Below are positions 12,400 through 23,485 of a stretch of 64,000 bases of DNA, in pieces. Under the pieces are notes generated by a model that did no database searches, was not told the DNA's origin, and worked only from the letters and a program-made list of their open reading frames with translations. The translations under genes and the position numbers were made by a program. The stretch lies in contig RSEE01000015.1 in the NCBI GenBank assembly GCA_003971905.1, positions 620,001 through 684,000 of the forward strand. The letters are read 5' to 3'. This DNA comes from Moniliella sp. 'wahieum'. Lineage: Eukaryota. The number at the start of each line of letters is the position of its first letter. The first letter of the stretch is position 1.

Positions 12400-13561
12400 A
12401 TGCCTGCGCTGCGTGCGACCCAGCTGCTCCAGCTGGCTGTCCGCGCCTCCCCCGCCTCGCACTCCGCCTCCTCCCTCCCCAGCGGCAGCCACGCCTCGGC
12501 CCTGGCCACCTCAACCGACTACGTTGCCTACACCCACAAGGAGGTCCACGGTAGCCGCGTCTGGACCTGGGATGGCCGTTCCAAGCATCAACCTCATCTT
12601 TATCGTCGCGCTTCTAGTCGGTCTTGTTGTGCTCTTCTTTGGTCTGATCGGCCTCAGCCACATCCTGGCCCGCACCAGTGCTCCTGCCCGCGAGGCCGTT
12701 TTGCCCTTTGCGCGCACCAGCCTCCCATCCAGGCTGCACACGCCCGCCCTCTCTGGGTTGCCGCAAGGCAAATTTGCCACCTTGGACTCCCTGTCTGCCC
12801 CAGCCCCCGCTACTCTCGTACTCCCGGTGGAAGCTCCTCCAACTCCCCTACCTCCAGCCGACAGTTCTTTGTGGAACCATTACTTTCCAGTGCGGCTCCC
12901 TTGGTGGGACCGAGTATGCACACTACAACCCTACCCATCCCAAGCGGGAGCACCGCTCTTCATCCCTCCGGCCAACCCAGGGCCCTCCACCGGCAACGCG
13001 CGACCCCAAGCGTCATTCCCGCTATTCCCGCGGCCCGGTCGCCGCAGTAGCGCCCCTCACCAACCCAATGGTAGTTCCTCCTACCCGGACACGCCCCTCG
13101 ATCCCACTGGCCCGCGCCACAGCGAGAGGCAGGGATGCATCGCACCCTCTCGGGTGCTCGGCGGGTCCAGTCGATTGGTCGTGGCAATTCGTTGCGCTAC
13201 TCGCGCTCGCGTGACGCGGAGGACGATGGGCAAGCTGATCTGGGGAGGAAGAACTCGGCGCGCCTGGCGACGCGAGCTGGACGACAGCGGTCCCAGCGCG
13301 GTCCCCCTACTCGTCCCGGCGGCCGCTTGTCGCGCGACGTGCCGTACCGTGCGTACCGCGATGACATCGGCGCCAAGCGACGAAGATTTCACCTCGTACG
13401 TTCACTACCAAGCTCCCTACCGGACGATGACTCGGTCTTCAAGTCGCACTCGCTGTCCACGTCGCATGGGAACGATGACAACCCGTTGGAAAACACCCCC
13501 TCTCGGACCCGGAGGGGATGGGGACGGCCCCCCGACGTGCCGTCGCCCCGCTAGGTGTTGA
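12400..13561 (+). CDS. Hypothetical single-pass membrane protein with P/S/R-rich tail
   Basis: ATG in ccaccATG context after a pyrimidine-rich leader; hydrophobic INLIFIVALLVGLVVLFFGLIGL in the adjacent frame; no family recognised. Confidence 0.5.
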
Positions 13562-14359
13562 ATTTTATGGCTGTTGGTATGACTAGTGGCTCGTGTCCCT
13601 GGTCATGAATCATTCGGCATCTATCGAGCTCTCAGTTCCTCATGGACTCATTTGCACCTCGCACCCGTCTCTTGGACTTTTTCTTCTCTCTCGTCATTCT
13701 CTCCCTCCCCTCGTTCTGTTCTTCCCCCCGTTTTGTCTGTCTCCCTTTCCCCGGTTCACCTCTTTCATGGCTGTGCACCCATGTTGGACGTTAGTATGAT
13801 GGTTTGGGTGCCTCTGTATTTCTTCTTTTTCCCGTTCTCGGGCGCACACCGTCTCTCCTACGGCTTGCCAAAGTGTTTGCGACGCCAAATGGTACCTCAG
13901 ATCGCGCTTCATACACGAATCGAATGACCCCTGCCCAAAGTCCAGACGAGCCACCGATATACCGCCGGCACATGAACGTGGTGGTTGGATTGGCGTGGCT
14001 GTGTAGATCCTCGCTCATTAGTCTCGCCCTGCAATTCCTCAAGGAGCGTCGGTGGAGATCATCGCTTAACCACGTGAGCGAGTTTGTGATCAGCTGAGGC
14101 TGGCCCTCAGCCTGAGGTTACTGAGGCGAGCCAGTTGAACGGTTGAACGTTGAACTTGAGCGTTGAAATGTAAAATCAACCCACCGTCTTTGGATTAGCT
14201 AAGGGGCTAAGGAGCTCCTGGTTGGACACGACGGCCCGGCCGGTGACGCGCCGGCATGGCACTTGCTCGCCAGATCGGCCGAAGCGTCAAACGCTCGTTA
14301 CCCAACCGCGCGCCGCGCACCACTTGATCTCCTTGCTCCACGGCTTCTTGGTTTGTGTC

Positions 14360-15404
14360 ATGGCCAGCACCCCGCGCCCAAGCGCAACGTGTCTTCCACC
14401 TCGACGAGTCGGACAAACCAGAACAACAGGAGAAGGTGGGTGTGCCGGCTTCCCCGGCCCCGGCAGTACACACCTTCTAGTGCGGGTACTACGCCGCTGG
14501 CGCAGCCGCTCAAACCGCGTCGCCAAGGATTACCGCAAGCTGCCTGCTTCCGAGCAGTTTCAGCACTCGGATCCTCTGTTGCGGCGCTTACGCCTTGTTC
14601 TTCGTCGGGTAAGCCGTCAACTTGCGCACGTACTTTGATTCGGATGTCAAGTGCGTCGGGTTTTACTTCTCCTCCGAGTGGGCCGGGCAGCCGCTCAAGG
14701 AGTATCATCAGGTACGTCGGCAGGTTGGGGGTTTGGGGTTGGGATGCCGCAGCGAGGGGTGGTGGTGAGTGGGGGCTAACGCAGTACCGAGCCAACAGCG
14801 CATTTCCGAATTTTGTCGTGCCCACCCCCATGGGTTCAAAGTGATCTATGTAAGTGTGGATGGGACGAGGCATGGTACAAGGCCGGGGTGCGGGGAAGCC
14901 GTGGTATCCATGGTTTGGAACGATGGCTCGTCCGACCAGCCAGCGGAGGAGGAATCGGACAACTCTGCCCTGTACAATGGCGAGGATTCCTGTTGGGGGC
15001 GAGACGGACATTGATGAATCCTGTCCAGGACCGACACGTCGGGTGAAGTATCTCCGCCCCTTTTTCCCGTGTTCACCTGGCTAGCAAGCTCAACATTATT
15101 GCCGCGCCTACATTAACCGTCTACCATCTGCCGTCCCAAAGATGATTGAGTGGAATGTGCGCATGTCCCGCCTGGAACCGGGAGCGACACGTGGGAGCAC
15201 TGGCGCAATGGAGAGAAGGCATCGGGATTGGTGTGGAAGGACATTTACTCACGGGCGCCGGTTGTATTTGTCGCCACTGTCCTTCTGCTTCTTTACTTTA
15301 TCATGGTCCAGATTCTGGGACCCGAGTACAATGTGCGTCGCGTTTCGTCTTTAATTTCGGCGCGAGTAGAACTGACATCTTTTTCCTGTACAGGTGCTTC
15401 CTAA
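14360..15404 (+). CDS. Nucleoredoxin/tryparedoxin-like thioredoxin-fold protein lacking CxxC, C-terminal TM
   Basis: CVGFYFSSEWAGQPLKEY, intron 14712..14798, FKVIYVSVD..EAWY...KPW, LASKLNIIAAPTLTVYH, and hydrophobic VVFVATVLLLLYFIMVQIL. Confidence 0.65.
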
Positions 15405-18244
15405 ACTGCTGCTGCGAGCATCGGAGTGTATCGTGGGACCTCATGGTGACCTTTGAAGGAACTGATGGGAACTTTTATTGGCATCAATTCCCCAGTCCCC
15501 CTGTTGGGATGGTGGGACCCGTAGTCCCGTACGTAGGCCACAGTGCCTTAGGCCGTATCACATGTCACCCTTGGCCACTTATTTGCCCTCCGAAGCCTCC
15601 ACGTGCCTACTCCGACTTGGTCGAACCCTGTCTCTTCCAGGTATAGCAGAGACGGCTTAGATCTTAGATTTGAGCCTCAATATCCTCAATCACCATTATC
15701 GCGATGACATTACTCGGCATCTCCAGAGGTTCGCTACCCAAATCATTGAGTTGCTCCGGTCTGACGATATGGGGGCACTGCAATTCCTCGTGGCTGTCTA
15801 GGGCTTTTTCGTTGGTGTACCCAGCCTCTCATCTGTCGGAACCCACGCCGTTCTATTGCTCTCGCACTATCATTTCCCTAGCCTGAAGCTGATAAGATAT
15901 GCCCAGTTCTTGGCTGGCTGACGGCCTATCATACCCCCCCCCGAGAGTACCCGCTTGGGCGCCGGGTATGGGCGGGCCAAGAAGGAAGAGTGGTGAAGGC
16001 TTGATGCAGCAGGCCTTGTAGAGCTTGATCGCCATTCTCATGACTGGAGTGCTATTGACCAGTGAGTACTGAGTGTCCTGAGCCCTGAGACTGAGTACTC
16101 TCAGACCGAATACTGATGAGATGGAAGAGACCTGATACATGATACACTGATATCTGGAGAGCTTGTCTTCGAGTCAAGATAACCTCACCGACGAAGCGGT
16201 CTGCCTTCGGACCATTGCGACCTGGGTTGTGCCCGACAGGGGGTTAGGCGTTCAAAAATTTGATGGCACTAAGCTTGAAGAGGTTATCAACACATTTACA
16301 CATTAGAGAGTGGTGTGCTGTGGGCGCTTCAACTGTAAAAGGCCTAACGCCTAACGCATACCGTCTAACACAATAACCCCATCCCCCTGAGGAGCAGCGT
16401 TGAGATCTGTGAGAGAGCTGAGAGATCTGAGATCTGAGAGAGCTGGGGAAGACTAGTTGGTTGGGGGATGGGATGCATGACGGGTGAGGTTCGGCCAGGC
16501 TACTTGTACAATGCACTTTAGTTTGACAGGTTCAGCTCCACAAAACAAGTCATTAACTGAAGCTTATTCCAAAGACTGTGCCTGTGAAGCTTGAAGCTTG
16601 AAGCTTGAAGAACTTAAAGCTTTGTGGCATGTGAAGCTTCCTTGAAGCTTGAAGCTTGAGGAAAGGTTCGTGCGCTCATGAATTGCATGAATCTCGGAGG
16701 CTTAATTAAAGTCATTTAGAAAACGTTAAACCGAAGCATGGTGCAAAGAGAAGGATGTCACGTATGTCCTCCTGTAGTTCCCCTGAATCGTCGTTGATGA
16801 TTACGTCTCCTTGCAAAAGAGAGCTGAGACGCTCAGGCTCTAATCGATCTAAGATCTGGGGCGGTGGCGTAGATGGCATATCGATAACAGCCGCCGCGTA
16901 ATATCTCTGGGAAGATAAGGCGTGTGGAGATGAATAAGATTGATGAGATCTGTTGTGCCCTCTTCTCGGTGTATGTTTGGGGGGCCAGGATCGAAGCTGG
17001 CAGCAAAAGTAGAGAGTATGTGGTGTGAGCTGGGCTATTACAGTGAAGCTTGAAGATTGGTGTGAATGAGCTGGGCTCGTGGATGATGGAGAGGATGAGG
17101 CAACTGCTACGCAATACGTTCCAGCCATCCCCTTTCCTTTCACGCCGCCCGAGGACACCACACAGTGTTGAGAGTTGAGAGCTGAGAAAACGAATGAGCC
17201 TCATATCTGTGGAAGAGTGGCTATGATGTGGAAGCAATGGCAGAGGAAGCGCGCGTGATGGTGGCGGAGTGGTTTAAGTGTGACATGTGACGGTGACGAT
17301 AAGTGGCAGGTGATGCGTGACTGTGATGCAAAACGGTGAATGATTAATGACGGTGATTGGTGACACGCATGCCACGTAGCAGGGTGGCTTGCCACACGGC
17401 TGTTCGGGCGAGGCGAGTCACAAGCAACGCCGGGTGCCGGACGCCTGGAATGCGGCTTGGTGGATGCGCGTATGTTTGTCCAGGACATGCCTGTCGCGCC
17501 CCGGCCATCCCGAGACGCTGAGCGACTGCTGAGCCTCAGCGCGCTCAGGCTGAGCACTGACGCGTGACGCATGATGCGTTGACGTGTGACCGTGTGATTC
17601 ACACCCTCTCCCGGGATTATCAATCGCATCGATCATCGTCATCGATCCCCACAGTGGCTGAAGCGCTGACGATGATCTGATTGATGGTCCCAGGTCCCGG
17701 CCAAAGCAAAGGCCAAAAGGGCAGTGTGTCGATTGCCCTTCCCAGCGCGTGCGCAAGCAGGGGACCGGTGATGCACTGCCCCTCTGCTACACCCCCACGT
17801 CATCCTGTCTCACTCGCCGCGCTGCTGATGCGCGGACCAGTGCCCCCCGCAGCAGCAATATCAGCTGTCGGCTATATACCCCCCCCCGGGACCATAGGCA
17901 CCCCCGCCAACCCAGCATCTACACTGGCGCCGCGCCAGAATGTGCATTGGGTGTTGGGCTGCGCGTGATGGGTGGGTCATCGGCTGGTGTGCCTTGCTTG
18001 CTGCTTGCTGGGGCGCCCGTCATCGAGTCATCCATTCGCCATTCCATATTCAGATGCCGCATCCAGCGCTCCAGCGCTCAGCCGCTCAGCCGCTCAGCCG
18101 CTCAGCCTGCTTCAGCCTGGCTCCCAGTAGCTCCCCCGTCCTTCGTCCTTGCTCGCGGCCCATCCACACCCACTGGCGTCACGCACACGCCATATGCCAA
18201 GTCTCATTCGTGCCAATACCGCGCCACCCCGCACTCCCAACAGC

Positions 18245-18252
18245 TATATAAA
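18245..18252 (+). promoter_or_regulatory. TATA box upstream of small zinc-ribbon gene
   Basis: TATATAAA followed by a CT-rich leader and a canonical 52-nt intron 18379..18430. Confidence 0.6.
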
Positions 18253-18494
18253 GCGGTGGGGGCTGCTTTCCACATTCCCTCCCCTCCTACATCGCCCCTG
18301 CCACCGTCCCTCTCCGGCTGTCTCCCTCCCTCTCTCTTGCGCCGCCCTTGCCGCTTGACCATCGCGCCATCTCTGTTCGTATGCTCCTGATGCTCTCCAG
18401 TATTGCATCAACTGACGGCTCCCATTCTAGTTGCTCTTACTGCACCGTCGTCCCCCCTCACACACCCTCGCCAAACCTTTCGTCGCACTTTGCC

Positions 18495-18638
18495 ATGACT
18501 TGCTCCCATCAGCCTATGGTCAACCACGGTAGCGAGCCTGTCCGTTGCCCCAACCCCGAGTGCAGGATCGTCGCGAGTGGAAGCCAGAGTTGGTGCCCAA
18601 TGTGCAACTCGAGTTTGCGCTATGCCGAGCGGGCATAA
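18495..18638 (+). CDS. 47-aa zinc-ribbon-like microprotein
   Basis: gccATG; MTCSHQPMVNHGSEPVRCPNPECRIVASGSQSWCPMCNSSLRYAERA with CPxxxC-x10-CPxC; upstream TATA box and 5'UTR intron (GTATGC...ACTGAC...CTAG). Confidence 0.6.
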   Translation: MTCSHQPMVNHGSEPVRCPNPECRIVASGSQSWCPMCNSSLRYAERA

Positions 18639-21199
18639 AGGCCCTTGCCGGCACGGCCCTCCGCACCGTGCTTTGACCGTTCGACCCTCTCTCTCATCCC
18701 GTATTTCTTTTTCATGTACCGTTACCCAATACTCCAATCTCTGTATGCGTGGCGACCGAGGGGAATGCAAGGGACCATCCCGCCTCGCACGTGTGCATCA
18801 TATGCCCAGCCATATGCTATGGCCTTGTTCTTGTGCCTCTGATTATTGTTCACTTCTCATCACTGAATTGTACACGGCTACGCATTCTCGTGCTGTGTAC
18901 CGTTGATACTGAATGCTGCTCTCTTCTTTGTTGTGCAGGCCGTCTCCTTTCCTTGGGAGGATGCGCCTCAACACACCGTCACAGCCCGCCGCTTTCAGTT
19001 CGGCTTTCGGCACATTCCCGGCGCGAAGTTGAGTTGGCAACCCGCTCCCATCTTTTCTCGGACAGACATCTTCCCCCTGCCAGGAGGGAATCATCATGAT
19101 ATTGTTGTTGCTTTATCTCCCCGTTGATTTCGCGACAGTTGCAATAAGCCATAGGAGCGTTTTACAGATAGTGCGGCACATCATGACGACTGGGGCGTGT
19201 CCAGCAAAACCGCTTTGACTCCATTCCATACGAAAGCATCTTGCACGACGTATGGATCAGCGGTGCTGAGCAGAAATGATAACGGGGTAACGAGCCATAA
19301 GCACCAGTATAGGGAGGAACACCGTTGAACGTTGGATAGGGATGAGTCGGCGTTGACGTTTGCGGAGCTAAGCGAGTGTCCCCAATACACCACAGGTGAT
19401 TTTATTACCATATATGGCAGGGCCCATCAAAAGTGTGCAACCCTACTGCTCCCGACCTGCACGTGACGGGCAAGTATCGGGCATATGACAGAGTCGCGTC
19501 GACGCGTCCCTCCACCCACTTAAAATGCCCCTACCCGTACTCACCGCCGGTGTCCCCATTGCGGCACCAACGACCACACTGCTTCAAGGTGCCCCCTCAA
19601 TCCACGCCCACGGTTGTGCCCCCACTGCCGTCGACCTGGCCGCAAGGCTGCCGCGGAGCGTGGAGCAAGGAGGAGATGTGGAAAGCAATTGGGGTCTTTG
19701 CGACAAAATAAGGTGGGGGGGGAGAAGGACAAGAAGAGGGGGGGGAGGACAGAAGAGAGGGGGACAAAGGGAATTGGTGGAAGGATGGAGCAGGATGATC
19801 GATGGTTCAGAGGGGCGGGCTCGATCTCCACGTAACGTGAATTACGACGACCCTGTCGCAGGCGGGCCCTGCCAGGGGGCTCGCTCAGGTTGGTGGGGCA
19901 CAGTCCCTTAGGTGAAAGACGACTCACGGTAGTTTCGGGCTTGGGCTACTTGGTAGTTCCGAGCGAGGTGGAGAAACCTTTGGGCGTGAAGCCGAGGCGG
20001 CTGCGCGCGTGGCAAGGGTGCGTATACGCCGGCGGGAGGGTACCATCGTGTCTGAAGCCTCCGGGGCTGAGAGACGGGTAGATGCAGTGGAGCGGACAGA
20101 CACTGCCAGGGCTGCGGCATGGCAGTGGCTGTGAAAGGAACCCACGCGACATATTGTGGTACGGGGAACCGACGCGGCTGATGGAAGGCTCGCGCGACTG
20201 GGCAGATGGAAAGCTGGAGGATGGGTTGGATGAAGATGAAGATGATGCAGCTAAGTGGAGACGAGAGGTTGCCTGTATTACTGAATCAATTGGCTGGAAA
20301 CGTTCAGGAGTTGGGCAGGAAAGGCGGGAAGGGACGAGAAGGAAGGTGGGATAAAGGATCCCTACCAATCGAGATGCTGACTGTTGGTTGGCCCCTTGTT
20401 GGTAACCCACCGCACTGGGATAGATGTTGACAGAGCGAAACAGACGAAGCTGCTATAGAGTGCGACTTGGGAGTACTCGCGATCCTATGGATCAGCTGCA
20501 ATGCAGCCTTCAGACAAGCGTGAAGGCAAGTTCAAGCAACATCTGAATTGAAGGGAAGGAGACAGGAGAGAGAGAAGGGAGATGAAGAGAGGGCGCGCGC
20601 GCCCTGCGAGCGGAACTCTTCCGCCCGGTTAAGTGAGCGTCACCGATCCACCGAGGGCCGTGCAAGGGAACCCCAGCACTACCCTCCAACAGAAGCAAGC
20701 GAAGACTGCGAAGGCACTAAGAATGTCATCGATAGCACTTCCTCGTACTGGGATGTGGTCGCTGTAATGACGACCCTTCCCGAAGGAATGCTATAGGGAA
20801 CGCCCGGCCTTCCGTCCTCGTCAGTCGCATGACCTAATTCGACTTTTGCATAGGAAGTATCGCATCGTGTCGCGGCTGAGCGACCGTCGTGTCGAAAGTC
20901 ACATTGAGAGCCTACCCAAACCACGGAGCTCGCAGTGTAGTAGCACGTATAACGTGCGCACGTGACTCCTGCCCGAACGAAGCCGCTGGCAAGTTGTCGG
21001 GTGGTCAGTGATCGACCAGTGATCAGCCTGATTCAGATCAGTCGCTGGTCAAACTCTACATGCGGCCACTGCCGCAGTGTGACGCCTCCAGTCGTCCGAC
21101 TTGAAGCTTGACTAGCTTGACTACTTTCACACCTCCCTCGAGCCGACCGACATCCTACGCCCAGCAGCTCCAGCCCGAGCCAGTCTGTCCACCACGCAC

Positions 21200-21437
21200 T
21201 GTTGACTGTGATCCTCTGGCCCCAGTCGGTAGACCAGGTTCGCCTCGGTTCCATCGGCTTCCACGCTGACGTCCCTGCGTGTCACTGTCCCTGTGCCCTG
21301 CACTCTCTCCTGTGTGACTCACTGTCCCTGTGCCTAGTCCGCCTCCTATATAGATGCCTCTGTACCCAGACCCAACTCTGGCTCCAATCCATCACCTTCT
21401 CCTCATCCTTCTGCCCGTCCGGCTCCCTAGGCCAACA
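21200..21437 (+). repeat. 5' LTR (238 bp)
   Basis: TGTTG...CAACA termini, internal CTATATAG TATA-like box; differs from the 3' LTR by two 1-bp indels on my reading. Confidence 0.92.
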
Positions 21438-21559
21438 GAGCTACAATCTGATCCCCCCGGAAGGGGAGCGCTCTTCAAGCAAGCCCACCCCCAAGCCTAC
21501 AAGCCCAAGCTAAGCCGCCAAGCCCACAAGACACACCCGTCCTCCCGCCCAACAACACC

Positions 21560-21635
21560 ACCGCCACAATCGGCACCTTACCGCCACAATCGGCATACTA
21601 GCCACAATCGGCATACTACCGCCACAATCGGCACA
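21560..21635 (+). repeat. Four tandem copies of an ~18-20-bp unit with core GCCACAATCGGCA inside the LTR element
   Basis: ccgccacaatcggcaccttaccgccacaatcggcatactagccacaatcggcatactaccgccacaatcggcac. Confidence 0.85.
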
Positions 21636-22349
21636 CTCGTCCCCCACAGATGGGGCAATGATTTTTAGGGACAACACACGACGGAACAAAACGTGTCGGG
21701 TATCGTCAACGAGACGAAATTCCTCCAACGACAAAACGGCGCAGGCGAATCGCAGAAAGCGGGGGTGGCTGCTCATCAAGTGCCCACCACGGCTACACGC
21801 CCCGGATTGCAATTCATCCGGGGCACCTGGGGAAAGGATGGGGGGGGGTGTCACCCAACTCTTCACCCTCCTTTTTCAACAACAAAGAGAACCAAACAGA
21901 TCAAGACGGTTGACGCATAGCGCCCGTTCATTTCCCATGCCCAATGGACCCCACTGGCACCAGGCATGCGGAACCAAACAACTACCAAACGCATCCAATT
22001 TTGATGCCAAACGACCTTGGACCGCATTTACTCCAAGTTTCCAATTTTCTTTCACTACACCTATAACTGGTGCTTTTTACTTTTGCCCACCAAATCGCTT
22101 CGGGGCGCAACCCCTACTACTTTTACTTCTAAGACTTCTACAAGCATCTGGCGGTCGCACAATACACCAACCACAAGCGCTCGGCTCGTTCAGGTGTCAT
22201 CCTGGACAGCGGGGGTGTAGGCCAGTCGTGTGGCCATGCACAACTCCAGGCCATTCGTCCCGGTTGCCACTCAAGTCCTCCCCTCTCTACATCCACTGGC
22301 AGGAGCTCATCCCACAACCGATGTCTCCGGGTTCCCTGGCCAGCGGGGG

Positions 22350-22589
22350 TGTTGACTGTGATCCTCTGGCTCCCAGTCGGTAGACCAGGTTCGCCTCGGT
22401 TCCATCGGCTTCCACGCTGACGTCCCTGCGTGTCACTGTCCCTGTGCCCTGCACTCTCTCCTGTGTGACTCACTGTCCCTGTGCCTAGTCCAGCCTCCTA
22501 TATAGATGCCTCTGTACCCAGACCCAACTCTGGCTCCAATCCATCACCTTCTCCTCATCCTTCTGCCCGTCCGGCTCCCTAGGCCAACA
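22350..22589 (+). repeat. 3' LTR (240 bp)
   Basis: Copy of 21200..21437 followed by TSD CGCAC. Confidence 0.92.
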
Positions 22590-23485
22590 CGCACTCCTCG
22601 AGAATTTGATCCCCCCTCACGCGCTCACGCTGGGACCCAAACCGAACCTTGAAGCTTCAACTTGAGAAGGCTTTGCCGTCTTCCGCGCGGTGCACACACA
22701 GGATATGCGACGCCGAGGCCAGATGCATGCCATATGGGCGAGACAGGGGCCTCTACTCGCATGTGGGAGGGGCTACGCCTAGGTGATGTTATGCACTTAG
22801 TAGGGGGACGCTGCCATCTCCCTACTCGGTGTATCATTAACTTGTTTTGGGCTTTTGCAGGATCAAAGGGAGTCTGAGAATCTGGGCGCCTGAGCACTGC
22901 TAGAATAGCCTCCCCAAACCACACCTCCCGTTCGAGCATACAGCATAGGCTCGAATACCTGCCAGACGAATCAAGGGAAGAGCGGGAGCTGAGAGCTGAC
23001 CACAACAAGCAACTGAATAGCTAGCTCCTCAGTACTCGCAGTAATAGTACTCTCGCTGGGGGCTGTGCCTTGCAAAGCAGCTGTGTTACACAAGGTACAA
23101 GATGACGGAGGGCTGGGCACTGGGTGCTGGGTGCTGGGCGCTGGGGTCAGCAATTTGGGATCTGGATTGAAGCTTGAAGTGCAGCGGCAGGTGTGATGCT
23201 GGTGAGCTGGAAGTTGCAGAAGGTGTGGCTGCTGAGAAGGTGGAGCGAGGATCGAATGTCTAGTAGCTGGGGAGCCCAGCCGACGTGCTCTGCGCCAGGC
23301 ACGTGGCCTGTGTCCAGCCCAGCCGAGCTCAATTTGATTCAGCCTGGCGCAGGGGGGCAGTGTCTGACTGGACCCACTTCCCAGGTGGTCCGTTCGCCGG
23401 CTGGCTTTTTATAACCCGCTGCCGGCGCTTCTTGTGGGCTTTTTGTCCCAGAGGCTCACGACCTACATCTGTCTCTATCCACACC

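Larger units (their letters stand above)
21200..22589 (+). mobile_element. Non-autonomous LTR retroelement (TRIM-like), 1390 bp
   Basis: Two near-identical direct repeats (21200..21437, 22350..22589), each TGTTG...CAACA; 5-bp TSD CGCAC (21195..21199 and 22590..22594); G-rich tract AGCGGGGG directly before the 3' LTR; no pol motifs seen inside. Confidence 0.92.

Noticed and set aside
16239..16380. Possible MITE bounded by GGGGTTA...TAACCCC with an inner GTTAGGCGTT/AACGCCTAAC inverted pair
   Set aside because: The terminal match is only 7 bp, with no TSD and no second copy in the window.
21560..21635. Short direct repeats resembling a CRISPR array
   Set aside because: Units are contiguous with only ~5-7 variable bases and no unique spacers, in a eukaryotic context with no cas genes; it is a minisatellite inside the LTR element.
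21658..22383. 241-aa ORF inside the LTR element as gag/pol
   Set aside because: No zinc knuckle, protease, RT or integrase motif is recognisable, and it runs into the 3' LTR.
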